In this document: in pieces, positions 27,015 to 36,590 of the stretch
Numbering within the stretch: position 1 is the stretch's first letter
Layout of the letters: every line of letters begins with the position of its first letter
NCBI GenBank assembly: GCA_964634935.1
Contig: CAZWJT010000002.1
Span: forward strand, 10,570-74,569
Reading direction: 5' to 3'
DNA length: 64,000 nt
Origin: an uncultured Planctomycetia bacterium
GTDB lineage: Bacteria > Omnitrophota > Gorgyraeia > Duberdicusellales > Duberdicusellaceae
The notes under the pieces: model-generated
Databases searched by the model: none
What the model was told of the DNA's origin: nothing
What the model saw: only the letters and a program-made list of their open reading frames with translations
Made by a program: the position numbers and the translations under genes

Positions 27015-27796
27015 AAAATTTTCTCGCAGCTATCAGCATGATGCTCTTGCTCGGGAATGTGCACGCTCAAGAATTGAGCGTTGATGCGATTGTCAGCAAA
27101 GCGAATGACCGTTCATACTATCAAGGGAAGGATGGCAGCGCGAAAGCGACCATGGTCGTCACCGATGCTCAGGGGCGTACCCGGCAGCGTCAGTTAACAA
27201 TTTTGAAACTGAATACCCAGAAAGGCGGAGACCAAAAGTATTATGTGTATTTTCATAAGCCGAATGATGTGAAAGGAATGAGTTATGTTGTTTGGAAGCA
27301 CACAGGTAAAGATGACGACCGCTGGTTATATCTTCCGGCTATGGATTTAGTACGGCGGATTGCCGCATCGGACAAGCGTTCCAGCTTTGCCGGGACAACA
27401 TTCCTCTATGAAGATATATCAGGCCGTTCCATTACCCTGGATACGCATGAATTAGTTTCAAGCGACGGCAGCCGGTATGTTGTCAAAAATACCCCGAAAG
27501 ACCCTGGAGAAGTTGAATTTATTTCTTACCTTGTTTCGATTGACAAGCATAACTTCCTTCCATTGAAAGCAGAATATTTTGATAAGTCCGGGAAGCTCTA
27601 CCGAACTATCGAGGCTTTAGAAGTGCGGGATATTCAAGGGTATCCGACTATTACCAAAATGAAGGCCGTTGATTTAAACGCCAACTCCAATACGGTAACA
27701 GAATTCAGCGATATTGCATATGATTTGGGGTTGCAGGATGATATATTTACTGAGCGCTCCTTGCGCACGCCGCCGCAGAAATGGCTGAAGGAGTGA
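27011..27796 (+). CDS. Outer-membrane lipoprotein-sorting (LolA-like) periplasmic protein
   Basis: Signal peptide MKNFLAAISMMLLLGNVHAQ. LolA-like family commonly paired with MMPL exporters. RBS AGGAGG. Confidence 0.55.
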   Translation: MKNFLAAISMMLLLGNVHAQELSVDAIVSKANDRSYYQGKDGSAKATMVVTDAQGRTRQRQLTILKLNTQKGGDQKYYVYFHKPNDVKGMSYVVWKHTGKDDDRWLYLPAMDLVRRIAASDKRSSFAGTTFLYEDISGRSITLDTHELVSSDGSRYVVKNTPKDPGEVEFISYLVSIDKHNFLPLKAEYFDKSGKLYRTIEALEVRDIQGYPTITKMKAVDLNANSNTVTEFSDIAYDLGLQDDIFTERSLRTPPQKWLKE

Positions 27797-27800
27797 AGTA

Positions 27801-29081
27801 ATGAGGCGTATTCTGACATTGAGCGTGCTTGCCATTTTTTCTACGTTGCCCTTAGCTCAAGCAGTAGATTTTCCTGAATGGCACGGGTTTATTGAACATG
27901 CGTTTGGCGGCCGTGCGAATCAAGATTTCCTTACGAAACACAAAAACTACAATTTATTGGAACAGAGGTTGCAGCTCAAGACCCGCTACGCGATACCGGG
28001 AGATAATCTTTTATCTTCCTGGAACGGAGTTTTAACCTATAAGGGTGATTTTGTTCTCGACGAATACTTTAATACTACAGGGTCTTACGAGGTACGTGAT
28101 TTCAATCTTGCTTTTAGTCCGGTGCGATTTATGGATCTTAAGCTTGGGCGTCAAGTGCTAACCTGGGGTACCGGTGATTATCTCTTTATTAACGATCTTT
28201 TTCCAAAAGACTATGTTTCTTTCTATGCTGGAAGGGACGATGAATATCTGAAAAAGCCTTCTGACGCGCTGCGTGTATCATTGTACCCGAGCATGGCGAA
28301 TGTTGATTTTGTCGTCATTCCACATTTTACCCCGAATACCTTACCCGAAGGAGACAGACTCTCGTTTTTTGACAGTTTCCAGGGCGGTATCTCCGGCAGA
28401 GAAAGCGATCGTAACGCTGTGAAACCAGCCTGGCAAGCGCGCAATTTCCAATATGCCTTACGTTTTTATCGCACCTTTGGCAGTGTTGAGGGCGCTTTCT
28501 ATTATTATCGAGGGTTTGACCCTTCACCAAGGAGCTATCTTAATGAGGCAAACCGACAGCTTTTTTATGAACGCTTAGATGCGTATGGCGCAAGTGTGCG
28601 AGGTCATTTTTTTGGAGGCATCGGCTCTTTTGAGATGGGGTATTACCGGTCACGGCAGGATCCCAACGGGAATAACCGGCTTATTGAGAATTCAATGCTG
28701 AAGTGGCTTATTGGATATGAGAAAGACATGGGGAATGATTTCAAACTTGGACTGCAGTATCTTTTTGAGCAAAAGTTAAATTACGATAATTATCAAGCGG
28801 CGCTTTTACCTCAAGATTATTTTTGGGATGAATATAAACATCTTTTGACGCAGCGTTTAACCAAATTTTATAAGAATCAAACTGTGATGCTGGGAATTTT
28901 CAACTTTTGGTCTCCGTCGGATAAAGACGGGTATGTTCGAATATTAGGAACCTATGATTTAAACGATCAGTGGAAACTTGCCTGCGGCTTTAATATTCCG
29001 TGGGGGGAAGATGAGAATACTGATTTTGGGATGATGCAGAAGAACAAAAATGTATTCATCCGTATGCGCTATAGTTTTTAG
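27801..29081 (+). CDS. Outer-membrane beta-barrel protein (DUF1302-like partner of MMPL/LolA-like systems)
   Basis: Signal peptide, beta-strand periodicity, C-terminal FIRMRYSF. Confidence 0.5.
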   Translation: MRRILTLSVLAIFSTLPLAQAVDFPEWHGFIEHAFGGRANQDFLTKHKNYNLLEQRLQLKTRYAIPGDNLLSSWNGVLTYKGDFVLDEYFNTTGSYEVRDFNLAFSPVRFMDLKLGRQVLTWGTGDYLFINDLFPKDYVSFYAGRDDEYLKKPSDALRVSLYPSMANVDFVVIPHFTPNTLPEGDRLSFFDSFQGGISGRESDRNAVKPAWQARNFQYALRFYRTFGSVEGAFYYYRGFDPSPRSYLNEANRQLFYERLDAYGASVRGHFFGGIGSFEMGYYRSRQDPNGNNRLIENSMLKWLIGYEKDMGNDFKLGLQYLFEQKLNYDNYQAALLPQDYFWDEYKHLLTQRLTKFYKNQTVMLGIFNFWSPSDKDGYVRILGTYDLNDQWKLACGFNIPWGEDENTDFGMMQKNKNVFIRMRYSF

Positions 29082-29115
29082 AATTTACAGGAGTTTTTCT
29101 GGGTGAGGAGGAGAC

Positions 29116-29295
29116 ATGGAACGGATCTTAAGGGGTATAGCTGGTTTTTTTGTACTGGGAAGCTTATTGCTTGCGCATTTTGTTGATATCCGCTGGCTCT
29201 GGTTTACTGCTTTTGTTGGAGCGAATCTTTTCCAGTCGGCGTTTACCAACTGGTGTCCAATGATGGAAATCTTGCGGAAATTACGCATCCGGTGA
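29116..29295 (+). CDS. DUF2892 (YgaP-like) small membrane protein, 59 aa; below the ORF-track cutoff
   Basis: MERILRGIAGFFVLGSLLLAHFVDIRWLWFTAFVGANLFQSAFTNWCPMMEILRKL has the DUF2892 GxxLxxxG...NLFQS..TxxCP pattern. RBS GAGGAGGAG. Confidence 0.6.
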   Translation: MERILRGIAGFFVLGSLLLAHFVDIRWLWFTAFVGANLFQSAFTNWCPMMEILRKLRIR

Positions 29296-29329
29296 TGGGC
29301 CATACGCACAACTTCTTGGCTCTATCGAA

Positions 29330-30076
29330 ATGAGAGAAATGGCGAATCCCGCGGCTATGAATGCATCTTCCTCAGTTACCTTTCTTCAGGATATCTTTCA
29401 GGCAAGAGGTGTTTCCTTCGCGCGCATTGCTTACTATGCGGATAGCTACCTTTTTCCGTTTGATGTTCACGGCTGTCGGATTCTTGAAGTTGGAGGAGGA
29501 AATGGAGCTTTGGCTCTCTATATCCAGGCTTGCCGAAAAGCGCGAATCGACGTGCTTGACGCATACTGCGGGCCTGGAAATACAATTTCCAATCAAGAGA
29601 CCTTTTTAAGCTGGATTGAGCGCACCGGAGCCATGAGTATACAGATCATGAAGGAAGATGCGCGCACAGCATCAATAGAGAAATCTTCCTACAACCATAT
29701 TTATATGCGTAATTGCCTGCATCACATCTTTGGAAAAACCAAGCATAGCCACGATGATATTACACGCCAGATGAGTTTATTTTATGACTGGCTTACCCCA
29801 GGAGGCTCATTGGTTCTGGGAGAGGTTGGCTGGATGGTAGCCTGGCGGCTCTGTCCACCATTGCGGCAGCTCCTTTTCCCTGGGGTTGTGTATGCCTCGA
29901 AGCATGGTTTTCGAAGCTGGCTTTTTTGCGCAGAGCAAGCGGGATTTCAATTCAAGGGTATTCGTTGGTATGTACCATTTAGGCTGAGAAAGATAAGTTT
30001 TTTATTCGCGAATGAATTTGCCAATATGTTTCTTACCGGAGCATTTGTGCTTTATTTCGATAAGCCGAAAGTGTGA
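29330..30076 (+). CDS. Class I SAM-dependent methyltransferase
   Basis: Motif I ILEVGGGNGALAL. Post-I acidic residue. Confidence 0.55.
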   Translation: MREMANPAAMNASSSVTFLQDIFQARGVSFARIAYYADSYLFPFDVHGCRILEVGGGNGALALYIQACRKARIDVLDAYCGPGNTISNQETFLSWIERTGAMSIQIMKEDARTASIEKSSYNHIYMRNCLHHIFGKTKHSHDDITRQMSLFYDWLTPGGSLVLGEVGWMVAWRLCPPLRQLLFPGVVYASKHGFRSWLFCAEQAGFQFKGIRWYVPFRLRKISFLFANEFANMFLTGAFVLYFDKPKV

Positions 30077-30395
30077 CTTCAGAAAGAAGAGGAAACAGTT
30101 CGTGTCATATCTCATCAGGGATGTTATTTTAAAGGTGGTTTCTATTCATAAATCGTCATGAGTTTTTTTGTGGATCAGTATTATCATATTGGATGTCGCA
30201 TGTTTTTTTCTTCCATAGTGTAACAATATTTATGAGCGCATAGATTCTTTTCATTTGCGCAAATCGCTTCTGGTATTCCAAAAATATACCCCGTTCTGCG
30301 CACACGATCGAAAGTAAAAACAAAAATACTTGCAAAGCAGTTCAATATTGATTATTATGAATGTGCAATATTCTTAACATGTAACAAAGCTTTAT

Positions 30396-31499
30396 ATGTT
30401 GATCGAAACGCCATATTATTTAATTCATGAGAGGAAATTGCTGAAAAATCTCAAGGTCATCCAGTATGTACGCGAGCATTCTGGAGTAAAATCAGTGCTG
30501 GCGCTTAAGTGTTTTTCAACCTGGAGTGTTTTTGGACTGATGAAAAAATATATGGATGGAACAACAGCCAGTTCGGTCTATGAAGCTCGCCTGGGTTATG
30601 AAAAGTTCGGCAAGGAAGTGCACGTTTATTCAGTAGCTTTCTCTCAAAAAGAGATCGAAGAGGTTGGTAAATTTTCCGATACAGTTATTTTCAATTCGGT
30701 CAATCAATTAAAAACGTTTTTCCCTTATGTCCGCTCGCGGCGAATCGGATTGCGTATTAATCCTTTCGTCAGCTATTCGCATTTTGATTTAGCAGATCCA
30801 GCGCGGAAATTTTCTCGGCTTGGCGTTGTCCAGAAAAAACTGCCGCGCGATGCGTGTTCCCTGATTAACGGCGTTATGTTCCATTTTAACTGTGAAAATG
30901 ACAACTTCAGCAATTTTTCTTCAAATCTCGATTTTATCAGCCAGCGATATGGGGCTGTATTGCGTGATTTAGAATGGGTAAGTCTTGGTGGGGGAATTTA
31001 TTTTACCAAAACTGGCTATCCGCTTGAACAGTTTTGCAAGAAACTGAAGGAATTTCGTGATCGTTTTCATCTCGATGTGTATTTAGAGCCGGGCGAAGGC
31101 GCGATCACTGAGTCAACCGAATTGGTTACCCGTGTTCTCGATATTGTTCGGAACAAAGTCGATATCGCAATTGTAGATGCGTCTACCGAAGCGCACATGC
31201 TTGATTTGTTGGTTTACCGCATACCGGCTAAGGTGGAAAATGTTGGACGAGGGAAGTTTCGCTATATGATCACCGGACGGTCGTGTCTGGCGGGGGATAT
31301 CTTTGGTAATTTTGAGTTTCAAAGGAAACTGAAAATCGGTACTGTTATTAAATTTTCTGATGCGGCTGGCTATACGATGGTTAAAAAAAACTGGTTTAAC
31401 GGGCTTCCAATGCCGGCTATCGTTGTTGAGAGGCTTGATGGGTCAGTTGAAATGATCCGTCGGTTCAATTATAAAGATTTTGTCACAAGCTTATCTTAG
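30396..31499 (+). CDS. nspC: Carboxynorspermidine/carboxyspermidine decarboxylase
   Basis: NspC family N terminus and PLP-fold motifs (VLALKCFS..., EPGEGAI). Confidence 0.8.
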   Translation: MLIETPYYLIHERKLLKNLKVIQYVREHSGVKSVLALKCFSTWSVFGLMKKYMDGTTASSVYEARLGYEKFGKEVHVYSVAFSQKEIEEVGKFSDTVIFNSVNQLKTFFPYVRSRRIGLRINPFVSYSHFDLADPARKFSRLGVVQKKLPRDACSLINGVMFHFNCENDNFSNFSSNLDFISQRYGAVLRDLEWVSLGGGIYFTKTGYPLEQFCKKLKEFRDRFHLDVYLEPGEGAITESTELVTRVLDIVRNKVDIAIVDASTEAHMLDLLVYRIPAKVENVGRGKFRYMITGRSCLAGDIFGNFEFQRKLKIGTVIKFSDAAGYTMVKKNWFNGLPMPAIVVERLDGSVEMIRRFNYKDFVTSLS

Positions 31500-31535
31500 G
31501 AACAAGGTTCTACCACAATAAGGAGATTTGATGAG

Positions 31536-32783
31536 ATGAAGAAAAACGTGTTGATTCTTGGGGCGGGGGGAGTGGCAAATGTTGCAGCACATAAATGTGC
31601 TCAGCACAACGATATTCTCGGTGATATTTGTATTGCTTCAAGAAAACAAGATAAATGCGATATGATTATCGAAAGTATCCGGAAAAAGAAAAACATTCGC
31701 GATGCGTCAAAAAAAATATATTCTCGCCAGATTGAGCTTTTTGATATTCCGGCGACCGTTAAGCTTATCAACGAAACAGGTTCGCAGATAGTGATCAATC
31801 TTGCCCAGGCTTATGTAAATATGTCTGTACTTGAAGCCTGTATTCAGGCGGGAGTGTCCTATATGGATACCGCAATACACGAGGATCCCAATAAAGTCTG
31901 CGAAGATCCGCCGTGGTACGCAAATTATGAGTGGAAAAGAAAAGGCCGCTGTAAGGAGAAAAACATTACCGCTATTCTTGGTGTTGGTTTTGATCCGGGA
32001 GTTGTTAATGCGTATTGCGCGCTTGCCGTAAAGCGATATTTTGACACGATAGACACCATCGACATATTAGATGTGAACGCTGGAAGCCACGGAAAGTATT
32101 TTGCAACCAATTTTGATCCTGAAATAAATTTCCGTGAGTTTAAAAAAGTCTGGACATGGATTGACCGTTCCTGGGTTATGGAAAAGATGCATTCAATAAA
32201 GATGATCTACGATTTTCCCGTTGTTGGCAGGCAGCCGATCTACTTGAATGGGCATGATGAGCTGCATTCGTTGTCTAAAAACATCGATGCGAATAGTATT
32301 CGTTTTTGGATGGGTTTTAGCGATCACTACATCAATGTTTTTACGGTTTTGACAAATCTGGGGATGATTTCAGAGAAACCAATAAAAACAGCAGAAGGTA
32401 TTGAAGTCGTTCCTTTAAAGGTGTTAAAGGCTCTTCTTCCGGATCCGGCCTCTCTTGCTCCGAGCTATACCGGAAAAACCTGTATCGGAAATTTCATAAG
32501 AGGAACGAAAGAGAGGAAAGCACGCGAAATATTTATCTATAATATCTGTGACCACGCTGAATGTTTTCAGGAAGTCGAATCGCAGGCGATTTCATATACT
32601 GCTGGTGTTCCGCCTGCGGCAGCCGCTATTCTTCTTGCCCAAGGTATCTGGGATGTGGGAACTATGGTAAATGTTGAGGAGTTAGATCCGGATCCTTTTC
32701 TGAAATTATTAGACACTATGGGGCTTACTACGAGCATTGAAGAACATCCGGTACCTCTGGAACCAAGCGTACGAATCAAATAG
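31536..32783 (+). CDS. Carboxynorspermidine synthase / saccharopine dehydrogenase family
   Basis: Rossmann LILGAGGVANVAAHK. Adjacent to nspC, the canonical alternative spermidine pathway pair. Confidence 0.75.
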   Translation: MKKNVLILGAGGVANVAAHKCAQHNDILGDICIASRKQDKCDMIIESIRKKKNIRDASKKIYSRQIELFDIPATVKLINETGSQIVINLAQAYVNMSVLEACIQAGVSYMDTAIHEDPNKVCEDPPWYANYEWKRKGRCKEKNITAILGVGFDPGVVNAYCALAVKRYFDTIDTIDILDVNAGSHGKYFATNFDPEINFREFKKVWTWIDRSWVMEKMHSIKMIYDFPVVGRQPIYLNGHDELHSLSKNIDANSIRFWMGFSDHYINVFTVLTNLGMISEKPIKTAEGIEVVPLKVLKALLPDPASLAPSYTGKTCIGNFIRGTKERKAREIFIYNICDHAECFQEVESQAISYTAGVPPAAAAILLAQGIWDVGTMVNVEELDPDPFLKLLDTMGLTTSIEEHPVPLEPSVRIK

Positions 32784-32806
32784 TCAGGAAACCCCTGGAG
32801 TGAGTA

Positions 32807-34081
32807 GTGATTGAACCAAGGATCATAGCGCTTTTTGTTTTTATCGTAACCTATATTCTTTTTGTTTTTTTGCCGCATAAAAGGACAATTGTCTGCATTT
32901 TTTCTTCATTACTGCTGCTTCTTCTGCGAACGATTTCTTGCCGGGAGGCTTTTTCGGCGATTAATTGGAATGTGATGGGCATTTTTATCGGTACACTCGC
33001 GGTTGCTGATGTTTTCATGAAAAGCCGGGTTCCGGCTTATATCGCGGAAATAATCGTTGATCGAGCAAAGAATACCTGCCAGGCAATTTTATTTATTTGT
33101 CTTTTGACTGGATTTATTTCTGCATTTGTTGAGAATGTGGCGACCGTACTGATCGTTGCGCCTATCGCATTGTCTTTAGCAAAGAAACTCAAAATGAACC
33201 CAACCAATATGATGATAGCAATTGCTATCTCAAGTAATCTCCAGGGAACTGCGACGTTAATCGGAGATCCGCCAAGTATGCTTTTAGGCGGGTTTGCCAA
33301 GATGAACTTCATGGATTTCTTTTTCTACCAGGGAAAACCCAGCATATTCTTTGCAGTCGAATTAGGAGCGGTTGCTTCATTTTTTATTCTGTATTTCGTT
33401 TTTCGAAACTACCGTCAAAAAACTCAGCTTGTGCCGGTAGAGAAGGTATATTCTTGGGTTCCAACGGTTATGCTGGTTACGCTTATTCTTTTGCTGGCAG
33501 TAAGTTCATTCTTTGATACAGGGTTTTCTTACCTTGCGGGAGTTTTAAGTATGGTATTTGGGGTTATTGCGCTTCTTTGGCAGAAATGTATCTATCGGAA
33601 ATCGCTTATTCAGGATCTGAAAGCGCTCGATTGGGATACTACTTTTTTTCTGATCGGTGTTTTTATTCTCGTCGGGAGCATTACCGTGACCGGATGGATT
33701 GAGGTTGCTTCAAGTTTTCTTTCAAGCGTGGTAGGGGAGAATCTTTTTCTGGGGTATACTCTGCTTGTTTTCCTAGCGATGGTTCTTTCGGCCTTTGTCG
33801 ACAATGTTCCATTCTTGGCTACAATGTTGCCGGTTGCAATCTCAATGTCTGACAAATTACAGATTCATCCCGCACTGTTTCTGTTCGGACTACTCATTGG
33901 AGCAAGTCTTGGGGGAAATATTACTCCCATAGGCGCTTCAGCAAATATCGTCGCGTGTGGGCTTTTAAAAAAAGAAGGATACCGGGTAACTTTTAAGGAT
34001 TTTGGAAAGATCGGGATACCCTTTACGCTTGCTGCAGTGGGCGCTGCGTATCTTTTTGTCTGGTTTACTTGGAAAGGGTAA
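32807..34081 (+). CDS. ArsB/NhaD-superfamily permease (GTG start)
   Basis: Multi-TM, inverted-repeat transporter pattern. GTG start with RBS GGAG. Confidence 0.5.
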   Translation: MIEPRIIALFVFIVTYILFVFLPHKRTIVCIFSSLLLLLLRTISCREAFSAINWNVMGIFIGTLAVADVFMKSRVPAYIAEIIVDRAKNTCQAILFICLLTGFISAFVENVATVLIVAPIALSLAKKLKMNPTNMMIAIAISSNLQGTATLIGDPPSMLLGGFAKMNFMDFFFYQGKPSIFFAVELGAVASFFILYFVFRNYRQKTQLVPVEKVYSWVPTVMLVTLILLLAVSSFFDTGFSYLAGVLSMVFGVIALLWQKCIYRKSLIQDLKALDWDTTFFLIGVFILVGSITVTGWIEVASSFLSSVVGENLFLGYTLLVFLAMVLSAFVDNVPFLATMLPVAISMSDKLQIHPALFLFGLLIGASLGGNITPIGASANIVACGLLKKEGYRVTFKDFGKIGIPFTLAAVGAAYLFVWFTWKG

Positions 34082-34274
34082 GCTTAAACAGGGGCCGTGT
34101 GCTTTGCCAATCCTGCCTTGACAAAGACTTTGGAATGTGTTATTATTTATCCACGGTGACATTATGAGCCCAAAAAATATCTCCACAAAGAAATCTTTGG
34201 CGTATGTGCTTGTACGCGTAGAGGTATTTTTTGCCTCGGTGTTTTCACCGTAAAGCTCGCGCATTGCTTAATCA

Positions 34275-34306
34275 AGCCCTGTCGGTGAAAACCGACAGGG
34301 CTTTTT
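34275..34306 (+). terminator. Rho-independent terminator GCCCTGTCGG-tgaaaa-CCGACAGGGC-TTTTTT
   Basis: Perfect 10-bp GC-rich stem followed by a T6 run. Confidence 0.75.
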
Positions 34307-34366
34307 TGTTTTTAAACGCATCCTAAATTGGTAGTTTCGGTGAAGAAAAAAAGTAATTCGGGAAGA

Positions 34367-34429
34367 ATGATTATGAATTTTATGGTTGCAGTTATTTTAG
34401 TATGTGTGCTTGTATGTGCTCCGCCATAG
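34367..34429 (+). CDS. Branched-chain amino-acid leader peptide MIMNFMVAVILVCVLVCAPP
   Basis: 20-codon ORF with 5 Val, 2 Ile and 2 Leu. RBS GGGAAG. Followed 20 nt later by a terminator hairpin, directly upstream of ilvB. Confidence 0.6.
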   Translation: MIMNFMVAVILVCVLVCAPP

Positions 34430-34449
34430 CGGGTATTTTTCCATTTATA

Positions 34450-34485
34450 CCCCTGTTGGCGGAAGTGAACAGGGGTTTTTCTTTT
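34450..34485 (+). terminator. Attenuator terminator CCCCTGTT-N10-AACAGGGG-TTTTTCTTTTT
   Basis: 8-bp stem plus T-run between the leader peptide and ilvB (start 34505). Confidence 0.65.
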
Positions 34486-34504
34486 TATCAGGAAAGGAGT
34501 AAAA

Positions 34505-36154
34505 ATGAAATATTCAGGAGCAGAAATAATCATTCGGATTTTGGAAATAAATGGAATAGGCCTTATTGCTGGGATTCCAGGGGGTTCTAACTTGCCTTTG
34601 TATGACGCGCTGCACAAAAGCACGATACGTCATATTTTGGCCCGCCATGAACAAGGAGCTGGATTTATTGCTCAGGGCATAGCCCGTTCCACAGGGAAAC
34701 CCGGAATTTGTTTTGCCACTTCTGGTCCGGGAGCGGCAAACTTAATTACTGCGATTGCTGATGCAAAATTAGACTCTATTCCCATTATTGCGATTACCGG
34801 CCAGGTTCCCCGCGCATACATTGGGACTGATGCTTTTCAGGAAGTGGATATGTACGGAATGACCATTCCTATTACAAAGCATAATTTTCTTGTGAAGGAA
34901 GCGAAAGAATTGGTTCGGATTATACCTGAAGCGTTTCACATCGCTTTGTCCGGGAGGCCAGGCCCTGTTCTTGTGGATGTTCCCAGGGATGTGCAGATTG
35001 AAAAGGCAACAGTATCAAATTGGCCGGATGCGTTCTCTGGGGGAAAACCATCGCTGATTCATCTTCACGATATCAGAAAGGCGGTAGCGTTATTTCAAAA
35101 ATCACGGCTACCTCTTTTCTATGTAGGCGGAGGAATACGTTTTGGGAATGCTGGTAAATATATTGAAGAGATATCATCAGATGGGAATATACCGATTGCT
35201 GCAACACTGATGGGCTTGAGCACTATTGATACCGCTCATCCCTGGTACTACGGATTGGTGGGAATGCACGGCCAGCGTGAAACCAATGAAATGTTCCGGA
35301 AGGCAGATTTGATTATTGCATTAGGAGCGCGATTCGGCGATCGGACGACCGGAGACATCGAATACTTTTGTCCGCAGGCAAAAATCATCCATGTTGACAT
35401 TGATGAAGCCGAAATTGGAAAGAACCAGAGCGTGGATTTAGGCATCTGCGCGGATAGTGCCAGTTTTCTACGCGCATTTCAGAAACATTGCGACATAAGA
35501 AAGAGTAGGTGGCCTTGTCGGGTGCGGCAATTTACTCTTGGGGCAAACAGTTCATTCGAGCGTGCTCTACAACCAAGAGCAATCATGCAATATATTGCCC
35601 GGTGTGTTGGCCGGAACGCTCTTATTACTACGGATGTTGGCCAACATCAGATGTGGACAGCGCAATATTACCCATTTACGCCAAAAAATAAGTTTTTGAC
35701 TTCGGGTGGTCTTGGGACAATGGGCTTTGGATTTCCTGCGGCGATAGGAGCGGCTCTCATGCATCCAAAAAGAAAAGTTATCTGCATAAGCGGCGATGGC
35801 TCATTCTTAATGAACATGCAGGAGTTAGCAGTTTTAAGTGAGGAGAACTTGGACTTGAAAATCATTATATTGAAAAACAACCATTTGGGGCTTGTGCGGC
35901 AGCAACAGAATCTTTTCTATAACCAGCGCTATATTGCGTCGCAGCTTCAGTGTTCACCTGATTTTGCAGGCATTGCTCGTGGTTTTGGCGTCTTAGGTTA
36001 TGATCTGTCCTGCACGGAAAATCCAGAAGCGCTCTTATACGACGCATTAAAAAAGAAAGGTCCGGCTCTGGTTAGTATACCAATCAGCCATGAGGAAGCA
36101 GTTTTGCCGATGGTTATTCCGGGGAAAAGTAATCTTGAAATGATAGGAGGTTAA
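34505..36154 (+). CDS. ilvB: Acetolactate synthase large subunit (biosynthetic, TPP-dependent)
   Basis: IAGIPGGSNLPLYDAL ... GPGAANLITAIADAKLDSIPIIAITGQVP ... TPP motif GDGSFLMNMQEL. Confidence 0.85.
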   Translation: MKYSGAEIIIRILEINGIGLIAGIPGGSNLPLYDALHKSTIRHILARHEQGAGFIAQGIARSTGKPGICFATSGPGAANLITAIADAKLDSIPIIAITGQVPRAYIGTDAFQEVDMYGMTIPITKHNFLVKEAKELVRIIPEAFHIALSGRPGPVLVDVPRDVQIEKATVSNWPDAFSGGKPSLIHLHDIRKAVALFQKSRLPLFYVGGGIRFGNAGKYIEEISSDGNIPIAATLMGLSTIDTAHPWYYGLVGMHGQRETNEMFRKADLIIALGARFGDRTTGDIEYFCPQAKIIHVDIDEAEIGKNQSVDLGICADSASFLRAFQKHCDIRKSRWPCRVRQFTLGANSSFERALQPRAIMQYIARCVGRNALITTDVGQHQMWTAQYYPFTPKNKFLTSGGLGTMGFGFPAAIGAALMHPKRKVICISGDGSFLMNMQELAVLSEENLDLKIIILKNNHLGLVRQQQNLFYNQRYIASQLQCSPDFAGIARGFGVLGYDLSCTENPEALLYDALKKKGPALVSIPISHEEAVLPMVIPGKSNLEMIGG

Positions 36155-36157
36155 CGA

Positions 36158-36583
36158 ATGGAACATAAATCTATTTTTTGCCTTGAGCTTATTGTGCGAA
36201 ACCATTCCGGAGTCATGGCGCATATTACGGGTCTTTTCTCGCGGCGTAACTTCAATTTAGAAGGTATTCTTTGTGCGCCGCTGAGGGATGAAGAAAAAAG
36301 CTGTGTCTATTTATTCGTGAGAGAGACTGGGCGGATGGAGCAGACGATAAAACAACTTCTTAAACTCTATGACGTTGTTTCGGTTCGGATGCGGATGGAC
36401 AGAAACCAATATTTTTTCCACGATTTGCGCAAACTTGTTCGGCGCCATGCAAAATTTTTGCATGGAAGGAACTTTGCCGGAGAGAGCGTGTCTAAGGAAA
36501 AGGAATCCATCAAAGGTTTTCATCCGGTGTTTTCGGGCAAAACACCGGAAGACGTGCTGAAAAAAAATAAAAAAGTGGTATAG
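36158..36583 (+). CDS. ilvN: Acetolactate synthase small (regulatory, ACT-domain) subunit
   Basis: LIVRNHSGVMAHITGLFSRRNFNLEGI ACT-domain signature. 3 nt after ilvB. Confidence 0.7.
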   Translation: MEHKSIFCLELIVRNHSGVMAHITGLFSRRNFNLEGILCAPLRDEEKSCVYLFVRETGRMEQTIKQLLKLYDVVSVRMRMDRNQYFFHDLRKLVRRHAKFLHGRNFAGESVSKEKESIKGFHPVFSGKTPEDVLKKNKKVV

Positions 36584-36590
36584 TATATCT

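Noticed and set aside
34402-34590. ORF 34402..34590 (+), 62 aa, running from the ilv leader into ilvB
   Set aside because: It crosses the attenuator terminator and overlaps the ilvB start in another frame. The 20-codon Val-rich leader ORF is the better reading.
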